DNA of 64,000 nucleotides from Octopus sinensis (lineage: Eukaryota): the NCBI RefSeq assembly GCF_006345805.1, contig NC_043014.1:25978001-26042000 (forward strand), written 5' to 3'. The translations under genes and the position numbers were made by a program. Positions 1 to 13,131 of the stretch are shown here, one piece after another. The first letter of the stretch is position 1. Each line of letters starts with the position of its first letter. The notes under the pieces were generated by a model, which saw only the letters and a list, made by a program, of their open reading frames with translations, ran no database searches and had not been told where the DNA came from.

Positions 1-52
1 GTTGATTGAATCAACTGGAATCCTCGTCATCGTAACCGACGGAGCGCCACGA
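1..52 (+). mobile_element. 3' end of tRNA-derived SINE (family C, as at 52579)
   Basis: gttgattgaatcaactggaatcctcgtcatcgtaaccgacggagcgcc resembles the 3' end of the 52579-52955 copy. Confidence 0.6.
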
Positions 53-599
53 AGCCCTATATACAACATACAAAGGTGGAATGGTCACAGCTGGAATGCC
101 TTAGATCATAAGCCTGCTCTTTACATTCTGAGTTCAAATTCTGCTGAGGTGAACTTTGCATTTCATCATTTCCTTGTTAATAAAATAAAGTACCGGTCAA
201 GTACTGGGGTTGTTGTAATCAACTTGTTTCTTCTACTCAAGGCTGCTGGCTTTGTGCCTAAATCAGAAATCATTGATATATAATTGTTGTTGTTATTTTG
301 TTGTGCATCCTCGCACTGGTCCTTTGTCGATTATCGAGTATACAAAGAAAGAAAAAACAAAAAGTTTGTTTTTTGAAAAGGAAAGGAACTTTAATCATGT
401 CCCCTATAGAAGCTAAAGTGGCAGTCCTGACCTACGCGTAGCATAAAATACCCTCTATCGGCCGTAATGTGCGTAATATTCGAAGTGAAAGACGGGGAAA
501 AAAAGAAGCCGGGTTGATGTGGTACACAATTATACAGAGGAGCTCGTAACTATAATATTTGGAAATGATAGAGCGCAAGAAAATAGAGGATCGGGATAA

Positions 600-601
<2 letters not shown>

Positions 602-672
<71 letters not shown>
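602..672. repeat. (AG)n microsatellite
   Basis: Perfect AG run seen directly. Confidence 0.98.
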
Positions 673-676
<4 letters not shown>

Positions 677-1674
677 AGAGAGGCGGGCAGGAGAAATAGA
701 GAGAAATGAGGGATATGGCAAGAACGGAAAAAAGACAAAGATAAAGAAGGAGATAGAAGATAAATGTGATTCTGAGTTCGGATAATTCGAATAATTAATC
801 AAATCTTTTGAAATAAATCGTTTCAAAAATATTCATACATGCACGATTTTTAGTTATATGAAAAGTATTGGACTGGATTCAAACTATCTGCCTTTATTTC
901 TAAATTCAGCTTTTTGTTTATTATGATAGTGTACACAGGATATCCTCTATCGGTGAAGGATATTGAATGATTAGCTATCACACCTATGGATATTAATGTC
1001 CCTTGAAAGTTTTTTTTTGGGGTGTGTGAAAAACTAGGAAAGCAGAAGAAAAAAAAAACAGCTTCATAAATAACAACAACAGTGCCATAGGCTGTTGTTC
1101 CAACAAACCATCATTCGCTCGCTGGAAATCGCAGACAAGATCGTTCAACCGTCAGTCTCTGAAGCTGACAATGCAGAAGACCACCTCAGTAGTATACTCG
1201 ATAACAATCAATGAGCAAGTCGCTTGACTCTCCATTATCTATATTATCCACTAATTTCCGTCAACTGATCTTATTGGAATTATCTCATTTGTTATTGCAT
1301 TTCACCTTTTCGGAGGTGATAAAATAAGTACTAATCAACGTAACCACAAAAGCTAGTACCGTTATTTTTGTTTGAAAGTTATTTTATGTTTTGTCACGTT
1401 TCCACATTTCATTATCTTATGCGTTTCGTACTTTCTTTAAAAGTTTGGAAAGAATACACAAGGCTATATCATCCTGTATATACAAAAAGACATGATGATA
1501 TATATTACATAAACAAAAAGATAATAATTCAGAAGGTGGAGACTAGTATAAAAATGTTTCTCTAAAGATAAGATTATTAATCTGGAAAATTATAATCGTA
1601 TTAACTGGTTTAAGACATCTTAAAATCAAGACATATGAAATCAAGTTAAAATCTAAAAGAAAAAAAAAACTTAC

Positions 1675-1838
1675 CATATCAAGTTTTCCTTTTTTATCTA
1701 TCGCAGAGGAAGCAGCAAATACTATGACAGTGCATGCACAAAGGGAAAGAAGCGTGTTGAGAATGGCATTTTGCCTGGCCTCATCGGCAGCTGCAGCACT
1801 GTTGAAACTTGGCCAGAATGCCCACAAAAATATGGTAC
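1675..1838 (-). CDS. Rh50: Rh-family transporter, coding exon 5 (gene continues beyond the left edge)
   Basis: ATTTCAG acceptor, encodes (G)TIFLWAFWPSFNSAAAADEARQNAILNTLLSLCACTVIVFAASSAIDKKGKLDM; GTAAGT donor, phase 0. The expected next exon (VHIQNATLAGGVA-like) was not found in 1-1674. Confidence 0.96.
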
Positions 1839-2575
1839 CTGAAATAGGTGACGACACTAGTTTGAATGTTTGGTTTATTACTGATTTCTTTTTTGCTTCT
1901 TAATTCTAAGAAACGTAGTGAGGATCATTTTGATTACTGAGAACATTGTATGCCTATTGATGTTGTTTTAAACAATTCTTTACTCGACCAAGCATTACCT
2001 GCATCACCTGCTACTGTTGAAATAAAGCTTGCACATCCCTGGCACTCTCCACTTCATGATGTAATCTGTATCGTGGGGTTAGGGTCTGATGTGAAACTAA
2101 TCATATCTTTAAAACTCTTAGCATCTAAGACCTTGTCTTTTTACGGGACAGGTGTCAAAATTCTTTACTTGAAGACAGGTTTGAGATTTTTCTGCTGATC
2201 ACTTTCACTAGATTTCTGAACACTAACCTAAACAAAAGTTGTATTAATGTATGTCAGCCTCTCATTCGACTCCCTAAAATGTACCATATTCCTATAGACA
2301 CCAGATTCTAAGTTTAAGGTTACAATCGAGAAAATCAACTGTCTTCAGATTGAGACAATGCAGAATATTTCGTTTACCTAAGAAACTTAACGTGACCGCA
2401 CCTGCGTTAGATTCTGAAATCGCGACACACAAGTAGTGAGGCCAATGGTTTAACCACATTGGTCAAATACGGAAGTGAAAAATGAAATATTTCTTCTTCC
2501 TCGTCTTTCTTTTGCTTCTCCTTTACTACTCTTGTCCCCTTTCAGCTTTGAACAGTTGAAAATTACTCAACTCAC

Positions 2576-2720
2576 CAACCATGGAGAACAAATCTGAATG
2601 ATAGACGCTGGATTCTTTGTTCGATAATTCGATTTCATCGTTGTACAAGACACGTGCCACGGCTAGACCGAAATAGGCACCGAATGTATGGATGTACATA
2701 GATTCCCCAACGTCATAAGC
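2576..2720 (-). CDS. Rh50: Rh-family transporter, coding exon 4
   Basis: TTCTTCCAG acceptor, encodes [48 protein letters not shown](G), including the first pore His and YHSDLFSM; GTGAGT donor, phase 1. Confidence 0.96.
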
Positions 2721-2879
2721 CTGGAAGAAAAAAGACATTATCGATAACAGAAAGCTGCAAAACAACTACAAAAAACAACAACACAATGAAACGGCAATGT
2801 ATGGTCAATAGAAACAAGCACAATTCAACAACAAACCTGAACGTCCGATAAAAGGCTTTGCAATGGTTGCTTCGACTGA

Positions 2880-3510
2880 GGTGGCGAGCTGGCAGAAACG
2901 TTAGCACGTCGGGCGAAATGCGTAGCCGTATTTCGTCTGCCATTGCGTTCTGAGTTCAAATTCCGCCGAGGTCGACTTTACCGTTCATCCTTTCGGGGTC
3001 GATAAATTAAGTACCAGTTACGGACTGGTGTCGATATAATCGACTTAATCAGTTGTCTGTCTTTGTTTGTCTCCTCTGTGTTTAGCCTCTTGTGGGTAAT
3101 AAAGAAATAGGTATTTCGTTTGCCGCTACGTTCTGAGTTCAAAATCCGTCGAGGTCGACTTTACCGTTCATCCTTTCGGGGTCGATAAATTAAGTACCAG
3201 TTACGCACTGGGGTCGATGTAATCGACCTTATCCGTTTGTCTGTCCTTGTTTGTCCTCTCTGTGTTTAGCCCCTTGTGGGCAATAAAGAAACAAGAATCA
3301 TTAACGTGCCGAACAAAAAATTATTGGTGGCATTCCGTCCGTCTTTACGTTCTGAGTTCAAATTATTCCTAGATTTATTTTTGTTTTTAATTCTTTCGGA
3401 GTCGATAAAATAAGTATTAACGGAAAATTGCTGGCCTTGTGCCAATATTTACGTTCTAAGTTCAAAACCTACCGAGGTCACTTTTATCGTTTATACTTTT
3501 AGGATCAATA
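2880..3510 (+). mobile_element. tRNA-like-headed SINE (family A) followed by three progressively truncated tandem copies
   Basis: Head ggtggcgagctggcagaaacgttagc with B-box-like gagttcaaattcc. The cgttct(g/a)agttcaaa unit recurs at about 2946, 3129, 3348 and 3451; related fragments at about 120-280 and 44163-44250. Confidence 0.75.
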
Positions 3511-4063
3511 AATAACTTCCAGTATAAGGGGCAATTCTATTTCGTCTCTTCTCTCTCTCTGTCAATCTCTTTTTCTAGCTTTATTTGTCTCTTCATTGTG
3601 CCTACAATTCAAAAGATCCAGTTTTGTTCTATATTCTCATGCTGATTCGGTTGAAGAATATTTTGTAAGGTAGATGGTACATGTGTCAGTAGGATGTTCG
3701 GTTCTTACACGTTAGTTTTACGTGTACGTGTTCAGTTAACTGTGCATTCGTCATTGAAACTTATGGAGAACCCGCCACAAATAAAAAAAGGCAAGTTATT
3801 AGGGTAGCTGAAATATAAATTTACCTGAATTTTATAACTTAAAATACTTGATACAAATGATGGATTGCTGTTGCTAATCTCTTGATCATTTCTGATTAAA
3901 TAGACTTATGATCGGAGATATATTCCAGGCCAGCAATCTAGGACTATTAATATGTTTTTAATACTAAGGCATTGGGGATGTAATAGACATTTGGCTGCTA
4001 CTATTACCTATCTGAACAACAATGTATAATCTTACTTATTAACATGCAAATAATTTGTGCATG

Positions 4064-4958
4064 TATTGAGTTATCCCATTGAGTTATACTTTTATATTTC
4101 AAAAATTAAGATAAACAATGATCTTTATTACTCTAAAATATTTTCTCCATTTTCTACAATGATCTTCTATCTATCTGGTAGACTTGCAAAGACCCTATTC
4201 TTAAATTCACTTATCCGTGACGAAATATACTGCTCCAATACTGTTCTGACCTCGTCTACAGAATTCATATTTTTCCGTCCAAATGATTTTGAAGACTGCG
4301 GAATAAATGATAATTAGATGGGGCAATGTCCGGCGAATATGGTGGGTGAGGCATCGTTTCCCATTCAAACTGCTCCAGCCTTTAGAATGTCATCCTTACT
4401 GTATGTAGCCGAGCATTATCCTGGTGGAAGTCACCTTTCGACTTGAAACCATTTGTGGTCAATTTTCTTCTAGTGCTGACTTAAACCACTGAAGCTTCTC
4501 GTAGTAGATCTCCTTTGTTATCGTTTGATTTGGATTTAAAAGGGTTTGGGTTTAAAGTGGACTAGACTTTCATATACCACCAAAGGATGTCCTCGTGCAA
4601 CTCTACAGACCTTCCAGGACGAGGTTCGTCCAATAGGCTGTAGTTTCCAGCCCGGAATTTCTGGAATCACCGTCGATATTGGCTTACGCTTATGTCCGAA
4701 CCCCGTATACTGCATCAATATTCCTCGCAAATTTCCGTTGCGTAGTTGCCTTTATTGAAGTCATAAAGCAAGAAATACCGAATATGTTCATTTGTCACTT
4801 ATAGCTTTGTAAAAATAACTGTTAAAATCGAACTGCACTCTTCAAAACTTGCACTCCCTGCTTTTACAGCAATTTGAAGCAGGTAGTTCATCCCGTCCCC
4901 TTTCAACATTTAGTTCATTCAATTGAAAAACCCGCATTATTTATGGGATGACTCAATA
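4064..4958 (-). mobile_element. Internally deleted mariner remnant
   Basis: Inverted ends tattgagttatcccat (4064-4079) and atgggatgactcaata (4943-4958). The minus strand gives broken mariner N-terminal peptides (EHIRYFLLYDFNKG..., WFQKFRAGNYSLLDEPRPGRS). Confidence 0.7.
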
Positions 4959-5290
4959 TATACGAATGTAGTGGTCAGCGTGAATTGCTTTTCACTATAT
5001 AAAGAATTATAATCAAATAGAATTGTCAGAGCACGATTCAGCCTTATGAGATGAGCGCCGTTGGGTGACTACGTAAAGTTCTATCATCGTGTAGAGAGTT
5101 AAAGGGCAACTCTTAAAACTTCCGGTGGAAAAGGTGGCCACAGGGATCAAAGATCCCGTGGGAGGAATTAAACGTAACACAAGTGGAGAACTATGTAGTG
5201 TGGAAACAATAATAGTAGTGATTACAAATAAATGTTCCTGTGTACTCCTTCTTGTTGACTCCAACTTATTCAATTATATATATATATATA

Positions 5291-5762
5291 TATAAAAGAA
5301 GAAATAAGGTACTCAGAAATTTGGATGGTTTTATATTCACAGATATTTATTAATATGTCACATGCTTTTATAAATCACATATTAGAGCCTGCGTCCACTC
5401 TAGTGGAGTCTTCAGCTGTATAAAAGTAAACATTTCTTTCTTCTTTCTCTCTTCTTTCCTCCTTTCCTTCTCTTTTCCATTGACACTTCTTTCAGATACA
5501 AAAGCACACACACACACATGCACTCTCTCTCACTTTCTCCCCATTCCTCACCCTCTTGTACTATCTTATATCTCTCTCCACCCCTACACACTCAATAATA
5601 CTATAAAAAGATACAAAAGTCCCGAAAAAATTCAATCTGAAGACTCCACTAGAGTGTACGAAAGCGCTAATATGTGATTTATAAAAACATTTGACATATT
5701 AATAAATATCTGTAAATATAAAACCATCCAGATTTCTGAGTACCTTATTTCTTCTTTTATAT
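5291..5762. mobile_element. Fold-back element with degenerate hammerhead motif (PLE pLTR/retrozyme-like)
   Basis: About 125-bp diverged inverted arms 5291-5415 and 5637-5762, flanked by TA runs. The plus arm reads CTGAAGA-CTCCACTAGAGTGTAC-GAAA-GCGC-TA. Confidence 0.7.
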
Positions 5763-5769
5763 ATAGCCA

Positions 5770-6018
5770 CTTTATATTTAGCCACTTCCTCCTAATTAGC
5801 GTTTCAACTTACAGCCTGCTGTTCACCACGCAGCCACTTTCCAAAAAGTCAAGGAGAATGATGCCCTTGTCATCCCGAGAACTCCATAGACTGAATATTT
5901 GAGCAGAATATTTGCTGTAGCCCATTTTTGATACCAAGACAAAACAATGTACATGATAACACTTCTAATCAGTTAAGATCAGAAGCCATGAGAGCCACTG
6001 CCTGGTACTGCATCAGGG

Positions 6019-6020
<2 letters not shown>
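5770..6020 (+). mobile_element. 3' end of a retroposon ending in a (TTA)n tail
   Basis: gagcagaatatttgctgtagcccat...ataccaagacaaaacaatgtacatgata is shared with the minus-strand copies at 48171-48678 and 49203-49710. Confidence 0.65.
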
Positions 6021-6070
<50 letters not shown>

Positions 6071-6089
6071 GTTGTTGTTGTTGTTGTTG

Positions 6090-6132
<43 letters not shown>

Positions 6133-6181
6133 GCTGTTGTTGTTGTTGTTGTTATTATTATTATTAATATTGTTGTTGTTG

Positions 6182-6243
<62 letters not shown>
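6021..6243. repeat. Compound (TTA)n/(GTT)n microsatellite
   Basis: Seen directly. Confidence 0.97.
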
Positions 6244-6399
6244 GTTTTTCCTTCTTTCTTCAAATTTTCTTCCATTTCTCGCCGAGTATTTTCCGTAACC
6301 TAGGGCAGAAAACTCACTGTATGCATTCCCAGATTACACACGCAAATTCACAGGTAAAATATGTATTTAAAAAATTAATAAAGAAATAAATTCATGAAT

Positions 6400-7588
6400 G
6401 GATGTTGTTTTCACAGCGATAATGCTCTTTTCAGTACATGAGTCGTTCCAGTTAACACGATTTTTTGCACTTCTTGTAGGGATGGTAAATCTGATACCAT
6501 TTTCAGTTAGGTTTCAGTACATTTTCTTTTTATTACTGGTACTGTAGTCGCCTTGAGATGCCACATTTTTTCAATTTCTATTAACAAGTCTTTATATTTA
6601 CTGATCTTGTCAAATTCTTTCGCCGCTATATTGTGATTGCAAGGAATATTCATGTCAATTAATAAACACACCTTTTTTGTCTGATCTTTTATAATAATAT
6701 TCGGTTTATTAGCTTTTATAGTTTTGTTGGTATGTCCCAGAGAATCGACACGTTTTCTCTCTCCGTCACATCTTCACGATGGTGTTTATACCATTTGTCA
6801 GCGGTTTTGATTTTATAATGCCGACATATTGTCCAGTGTAAATACTGGCCGCCACTGTCATGACTTGCTTTATATTCTACAGGTTCTAAGACGCTACGTC
6901 TTGAGATTAGGTGATCTATAGTCTCAATCTCATCGTTACAGAATCGGCATTTTGGGTTAGCTCCATTTTTTATCACATTGGCTTGGTAGTTCCGGGTTAA
7001 TAAGCTTTGGTCTTGAGCAGCTAATATGAAATCTTCACTCTCTGCTTTTAGCCCTGAGCTTCGTAACCATTGATGCGTGTGTTTCTGGTTGACATCAGCG
7101 TGTTTGCTGCGGGCCACATACTTACCATGCAGAGGTTTCTGTTCCCATCTGCTAGCTAATTTTTCATGTGCTTTTGTCTTTGCAATTAATTTTATTTTCT
7201 TTGCAGCAGCAGTTGGCGCATTTCCTTCAACCTGATCAGTAACGGTGTTTTGCTCTCGTTCAGAATAGAGGGAAGTTTTATCGGTCTTTCATGCTTTTCA
7301 ACAACTTTTAGCACCCAATCGTTGGTTGTTTCAAGGTATTTGGCCAGTCCGATTGTGGTGGTTTTGTACGTAAGTTCATGCTGGATCAAGCCTCGACCAC
7401 CCTGAGCTCTGGGAAGGTAAAGGCGAAAATCGTCTGCCTTTGGATAGTGCAAGTCAGTAGCTTGTGGATTTTTCTATCAATTTTCATTATTTCACTGGTA
7501 TTCCAGTTAAGCACATTGAAGCTATAAAGAACAACTGGGACTGCTAAGGAATTTATAGCTAACACCTTATTATATGCATTCAGCTCAG

Positions 7589-7590
<2 letters not shown>
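6400..7590 (-). mobile_element. 5'-truncated R4/Dong-like non-LTR retrotransposon (late RT, CCHC, RLE nuclease), frameshifted
   Basis: Fragments NAYNKVLAINSLAVPVVLYSF, HPKAD..RLYLPRAQGGRGL, ILAAQDQSLLTRNY, CRFCNDEIETIDHLIS, ILWDIP; abuts (AAT)n at 7592-7660. Confidence 0.88.
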
Positions 7591-7663
<73 letters not shown>

Positions 7664-7691
7664 CACTCATATTGACAACTGATGGTGGTGT

Positions 7692-7733
<42 letters not shown>

Positions 7734-8337
7734 TCATATACAAAATTTGTATATGTTATGTGAGCGATAATACTGTAAAACAAGTGTTTAATATCTAATT
7801 TCGTTTATATATATGTATGTGTGCATGCATATATGTACGTATGCTTATGTGTGGTAAGATAAATATAATTATAATAAATTTGATAAATATAATTATAATA
7901 AAAATTAAATTTCCTTTCGATTAAAATAACGACGTCTTCAGAGTAAAACATCTCTTTACAGTTCACCTGCATTTAGAGTCTCTGACTACCACTCACTCCC
8001 ACTTTGCTTCTTGTTTTAGTTTTCCACGTCCATCGTGACACATTGCATTTTATTATATGTAAGATAAGATTTGTTAAGCATTTAAGACATCAGAATGAAC
8101 TTTCAAATGCAAAAGAGATACAGAACAACTCATTAGAGACACTGTTACAAGAAGAAAGAAACGCTGTTGGATAATTTAGAAAACTCCAAATTGTTTCATT
8201 AAGCTTAATGTGACAAATAAAACAAATAAATAAAATGAAACCAGTTCGCATCGAATGACTTAGAAAATATAAATCTTATAAAATCAAACGCTAAAGTGTT
8301 ACTCGCACTAAAAAGTATATATACAAAGAGGTGTACT

Positions 8338-8503
<166 letters not shown>

Positions 8504-8554
8504 GAAATCAAAATAAATACAAAAATAATTACTGAGAAAATTTTCGAAACGTAC

Positions 8555-8705
8555 ATGAAACTTATGGAGTCCAATATATTCATTAACTTGGGCCAATGGT
8601 ATTTCAATCATTAACATGACAATAAGTTGTAACGGACTGGTTTTTCCCAAAACTGCTCCGAAAGAAATCAAGACTGTCGCTATAGCGAAATCGCCTGTCA
8701 ACATA
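8555..8705 (-). CDS. Rh50: Rh-family transporter, coding exon 3
   Basis: TTTTGCAG acceptor, encodes MLTGDFAIATVLISFGAVLGKTSPLQLIVMLMIEIPLAQVNEYIGLHKFH (Rh motif LISFGAVLGKTSP); GTACGT donor, phase 0; 151 nt. Confidence 0.96.
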
Positions 8706-10530
8706 CTGCAAAAATTAACAAAATAAAATAAACAAAAGCAAAGAGAAGGAACAAAATCAATAATGTACTAGTTGAATATTGAATTGTTTTTTAATGTAGG
8801 CACAAAGAGGCGAGAGGAATGCAGTATTGGTTGCCTATATCGACAAACGTACGGAATTCGTTAACCCATCGTAAAATATTCACCTCAATCGATTCTTCGA
8901 GACTGCTGACCCTTTACAAAGTTCATAGATCCTCCATTTCTGTGACTGCTACCGTTACGCACTCACGCACGCACACACGGATGCCCGCACACACACACAC
9001 ACACAAACAGACATACACGAACACACACACATACACACACGAATACACACACATACCCCCCCCCCACACACACACACACTGACACACATTCTGGACCTCA
9101 TGTGAATAAAAGCCATTGGACTGATTGATATAAACTCATTTACCAATGCACGCCATTTTCTGGTCCTTAGACCTGCTGTCTCTCCTTTTTGCCTTTTTTG
9201 AACTAGCTAGTCCACTCGACTCAGGCATTCCCGTCTCATTCATCTCTCCCTCTCGCACACATACAGTATCTATCCGAAACTCCATATTAACCACTACTTC
9301 AGTTCTTTATCTCAAGAAATTTAGCTCTCTAGGAATTTCCTCAGAGGACACGTTTCCTTGAAGTTGTCAAATTTCAACTGTTCAAAAGGAACGTTATCCT
9401 CGTCGATTTAGGTGGTCGTATATGGGTAATAGATACGGCCACTCCCTCTAGCCCAAACCAGTAGTCACAGCCCTGTACCACAAGTGGAATATTGATGCAA
9501 TATTGACAATTATTGCGGATAATTACTAGAAATGTTAAAGTATCTAACAGTAAGTTTCGTGGCATTTCTTCAGTTTCTTTAGTATTTGAGTTGGAATTCC
9601 GCTGATAAAATGACGTAACTATCGGGGTCTGGGGTGTACACTTGTCCTCCGTCCAGCTGCCAAGTCTTCGATGTTCAAGGGTTTGGAGGAACGAGGAGGT
9701 ATGCTCGCGACTATATGGACACACAAAAAAAGAAAAAACAAAACATTGAGTCAACGGTATAATGTAGGTGATGAGATTGAGTCGAAGGTATAGTGCAAGC
9801 ACTGCAAATGATATAGTTTTCACCCTTTTTCCTTTGAATTATCATAATCCGGAGGGAAACAAAGAGAGAAATCGCGTCCAAAACTGTATAGGTACTTTAA
9901 TACCGACTCCGAAAAATGAAGGAAAACTGGTCTGAACGGAATTTGAACACAGAGCGCACATATCCTGGACAAGCGCTGTTAAGTTTCTATCTGATACTTT
10001 GACGATTTGCTCTCATCAATACCAAGTTCGAAGTAAACAGACATATCTGTACTAGTTTTAGTCACTACCCTTCACTAATGAAATATTTTAATTTATTCTT
10101 TCTTTCTTTTACTAGTGGTTATTCTGATGTTGATTTTATCGACCTAGTTTGCAGGATAGATCGTAACAACATCACGGCATTTTCCTCTCTGATTCCTCTA
10201 TTACTTGTAGATACACACACATGCATACACAACACTCATAAGCATGCATACGGACATACACAGACACTAATGAATATAAAATGTGCACAATATATAATAT
10301 GTCTTTAAATGGCGGGATTCCGCGTAGTTTTCTAACAAAATTCTTTCAAAGGTTTTGATATAGCTGAACTATTGTAAAATACACAAACCAAGGTGACACG
10401 CAGTGGAACCCATCAATGTGGTCATTAAGCGAATTTCTTGACCATGTCGCTATGATTTCATTCCATTTCGGCAGTATAAACTATTGCCTGATTCACACCA
10501 GAATAAATAATACGTGGAATGTTTACTTAC

Positions 10531-10708
10531 GATTGTACACTTAAGTCTATATTTTGTTCTTCAATAAGATTCCGGACAATCATAGCCCATTGGATTCCAA
10601 CAGCAGATAATAAAAGGTTGAAGCTGACACTCGAGAAGCCATATCTCTTGAGAAAAGTCATAAGAAAGCCAAAACCAATGAAAATCATCACATGGACATC
10701 TTGTATCA
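10531..10708 (-). CDS. Rh50: Rh-family transporter, coding exon 2
   Basis: TTATTTCAG acceptor, encodes (M)[58 protein letters not shown](S) with the Rh signature [18 protein letters not shown]; GTAAGT donor, phase 2. Confidence 0.96.
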
Positions 10709-11572
10709 CTGAAATAATAGAATATTGAAAATTGCATTTGTTGGATATCAAGGTAAATGTAAGTCCTTAACATTTGAATTCAGAGCTAAAGCTTATGAAT
10801 GTGATATCCTTAACTATCAGGCATATACTTATGGCAAAGATACAACCCGAAGAGAGTGGAACACACACACGCGCGCGCGTACGTCTTTTCTATCCTTCAA
10901 ATTTCACTAAAAAACGCGTCTCTCATAGAAGAAAATTGATTAAGATAATGCACTTTGAGATCGAATCCGTAATTACAGGATTGCGAAGTTAACTTGTTGG
11001 TTACACAACTATACTTGTTAAGATGAAAACTCGATCCCTGCTTGTAAATAAGGGAACTGTCACGAATAGTGTTCGATCTTACAGGACCAGATCATAGTCG
11101 AGAGAATCATAGTCGACAGAAACTTTATGGAAAGTTATGAGGTATTTTGGTCGTTATTAATGTGCATGATTAAAAGAGAATGATTTAAAGGAAATAGCTA
11201 ACAGTATTAGTTGTCATAAAGGTAGATAAATCATGCAAAAAGTGATAAAGAACTTGATATACATAAAAAAAAGAATTAATTAAAAGTATCTTGTTAGTTG
11301 GAGAAGGAAAACGAAAACCTTTAGAGAAAAAGGGGTGGGGCGAGAATTTAAGGAAATTCAGACGTTACAAAATGATTGTTTGTGTCAGTAATTTTCCACC
11401 ATCTGGTTTATATTTGTACTACTGTTATATAGCAACGTCTTTCATTAATGAAAGCTAGCAGTACTAGTGGAGGTTACATGGTTATTTTAAAAATTTTATG
11501 ATGAAATTGTATATTTTTCTGAAACGTTTGATTTTTCAGGTATAAAAATCCACCTAGGCAGTACCGAAGAGG

Positions 11573-11573
<1 letters not shown>

Positions 11574-11635
<62 letters not shown>

Positions 11636-11658
11636 CCAATCTTTCTTTCTTTCTTTCT

Positions 11659-11701
<43 letters not shown>

Positions 11702-11745
11702 ATCTATCTATCTACCAATCTTTCTTTCTTTCTATCTATCTACCT
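11574..11745. repeat. Compound (TCAA)n/(TCTA)n/(TTTC)n tetranucleotide repeat
   Basis: Seen directly. Confidence 0.95.
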
Positions 11746-13131
11746 ATCATATTCTACTCACAGTTCTGTCTATGTATGTATCTGTCTGCACTAACAATAA
11801 AAAAAATCCAAATGACTATAATTGAGGTGCCCCAGTATGGCCTCAGTCTTTGGGCTGCTACACATAAAAAGGAAACAATAACAACCTCAGGAATTTGTTA
11901 AGATTATTTCACTTTGATTTAATTGTGTCAATATATCTAGCCCCCCACCCCGTTTTGCTATCTTCTATCCACCAATGAATTTATCTATCCATATAGATAC
12001 ATCGACGGATTGAATATATAGAAACGGCTGAACATTGAAACCAGCAACAACTAAACTTTTACTTATAGTGTCTGTTACAATCTATTTTATAATTCTGCTT
12101 CTTCGCTCGACCACGCTTTAGTTTAAGAGAAGGGGAAGGTGGAGTGAGAGTGAGAGTAAGAGAGACGGGGAGGTGGGGAGTGAGAGAAATATGTAGAATA
12201 GAAGGAGGGGAGAAAGTAGTATATATATGTTTATGAATGTACACAGACACACACACACACACACACACACACACAACACACACACACACACACATATATA
12301 TACACATGTATATGCATATACACGAAATATAGGGATTTAGTTCACAGGTGATCTAGACGACTAGGTACACTTGGTAGGTGCTGTAACGGATTACCAGGAC
12401 TCCAAGATTATATCCGAGTTATGGAACCATTGTAGGTTTCCGATATAGCAGATTTATAATCGTTGAAGCGGACAACAAACGTTAGGGCAAGACAAACCTC
12501 TCAAGTCATATACGTAATTATTATTGGAAAAATTCAACGTCTTACAACTATTTCTGAGGTATTTCAGAGTATGGGATATTCCGTCATCGGAGATAAGTGA
12601 GGAAAACGAGCAGGATATAGATTAATGAAACGACGACATAGAAAACAGGAGAAAAGGAATAAGGGGATGAAGAAAAAGAAGAAAGAAAAGAAAAAAGAAG
12701 CATTTAAGTTCACAGTTCAACTTTCCGATCGTGTAGAAGTTTGTCCATAAGTCCTCGCGTGCAATCCTGTGTAAATCCATGTGGGTTAAAGTCTTAATGG
12801 TGTAAATATCCAGAAATTAACGCGAACGCGTCTACGTTCCGTGAGAGAATGGTAGCGGAGGTGGGTATTAAGGGATAAAGAGAAAGAAAAATAAATAAAT
12901 AGGAAGAGGGGGAGGAAAGCAAGGCCTAACAAAATCTGCATTCGAAAGAACTAGAAAACTCATACATGAATTATTCGCCAACTTCAACCTATCTCTTTTG
13001 AAAACTCTTGCAAGACAGCAAACTTCATAGATGTTAGATTAGATTTAAACTCTCCACTCTACTACCCATACCATAAACCCGATCAATACTTTAAGTACAT
13101 CAATACAGGATCTAGCCACCATTAATCTACT

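Noticed and set aside
5040-5085. GATGA-GCGCC-GTT-GGGTG-ACTAC-GTA, a possible very old HHR
   Set aside because: GAAA is absent and too many changes are needed.
9340-9412. Imperfect 60-nt hairpin with GAAACGTGTC on the minus strand
   Set aside because: No core correctly placed relative to the stem; cannot be called a ribozyme.
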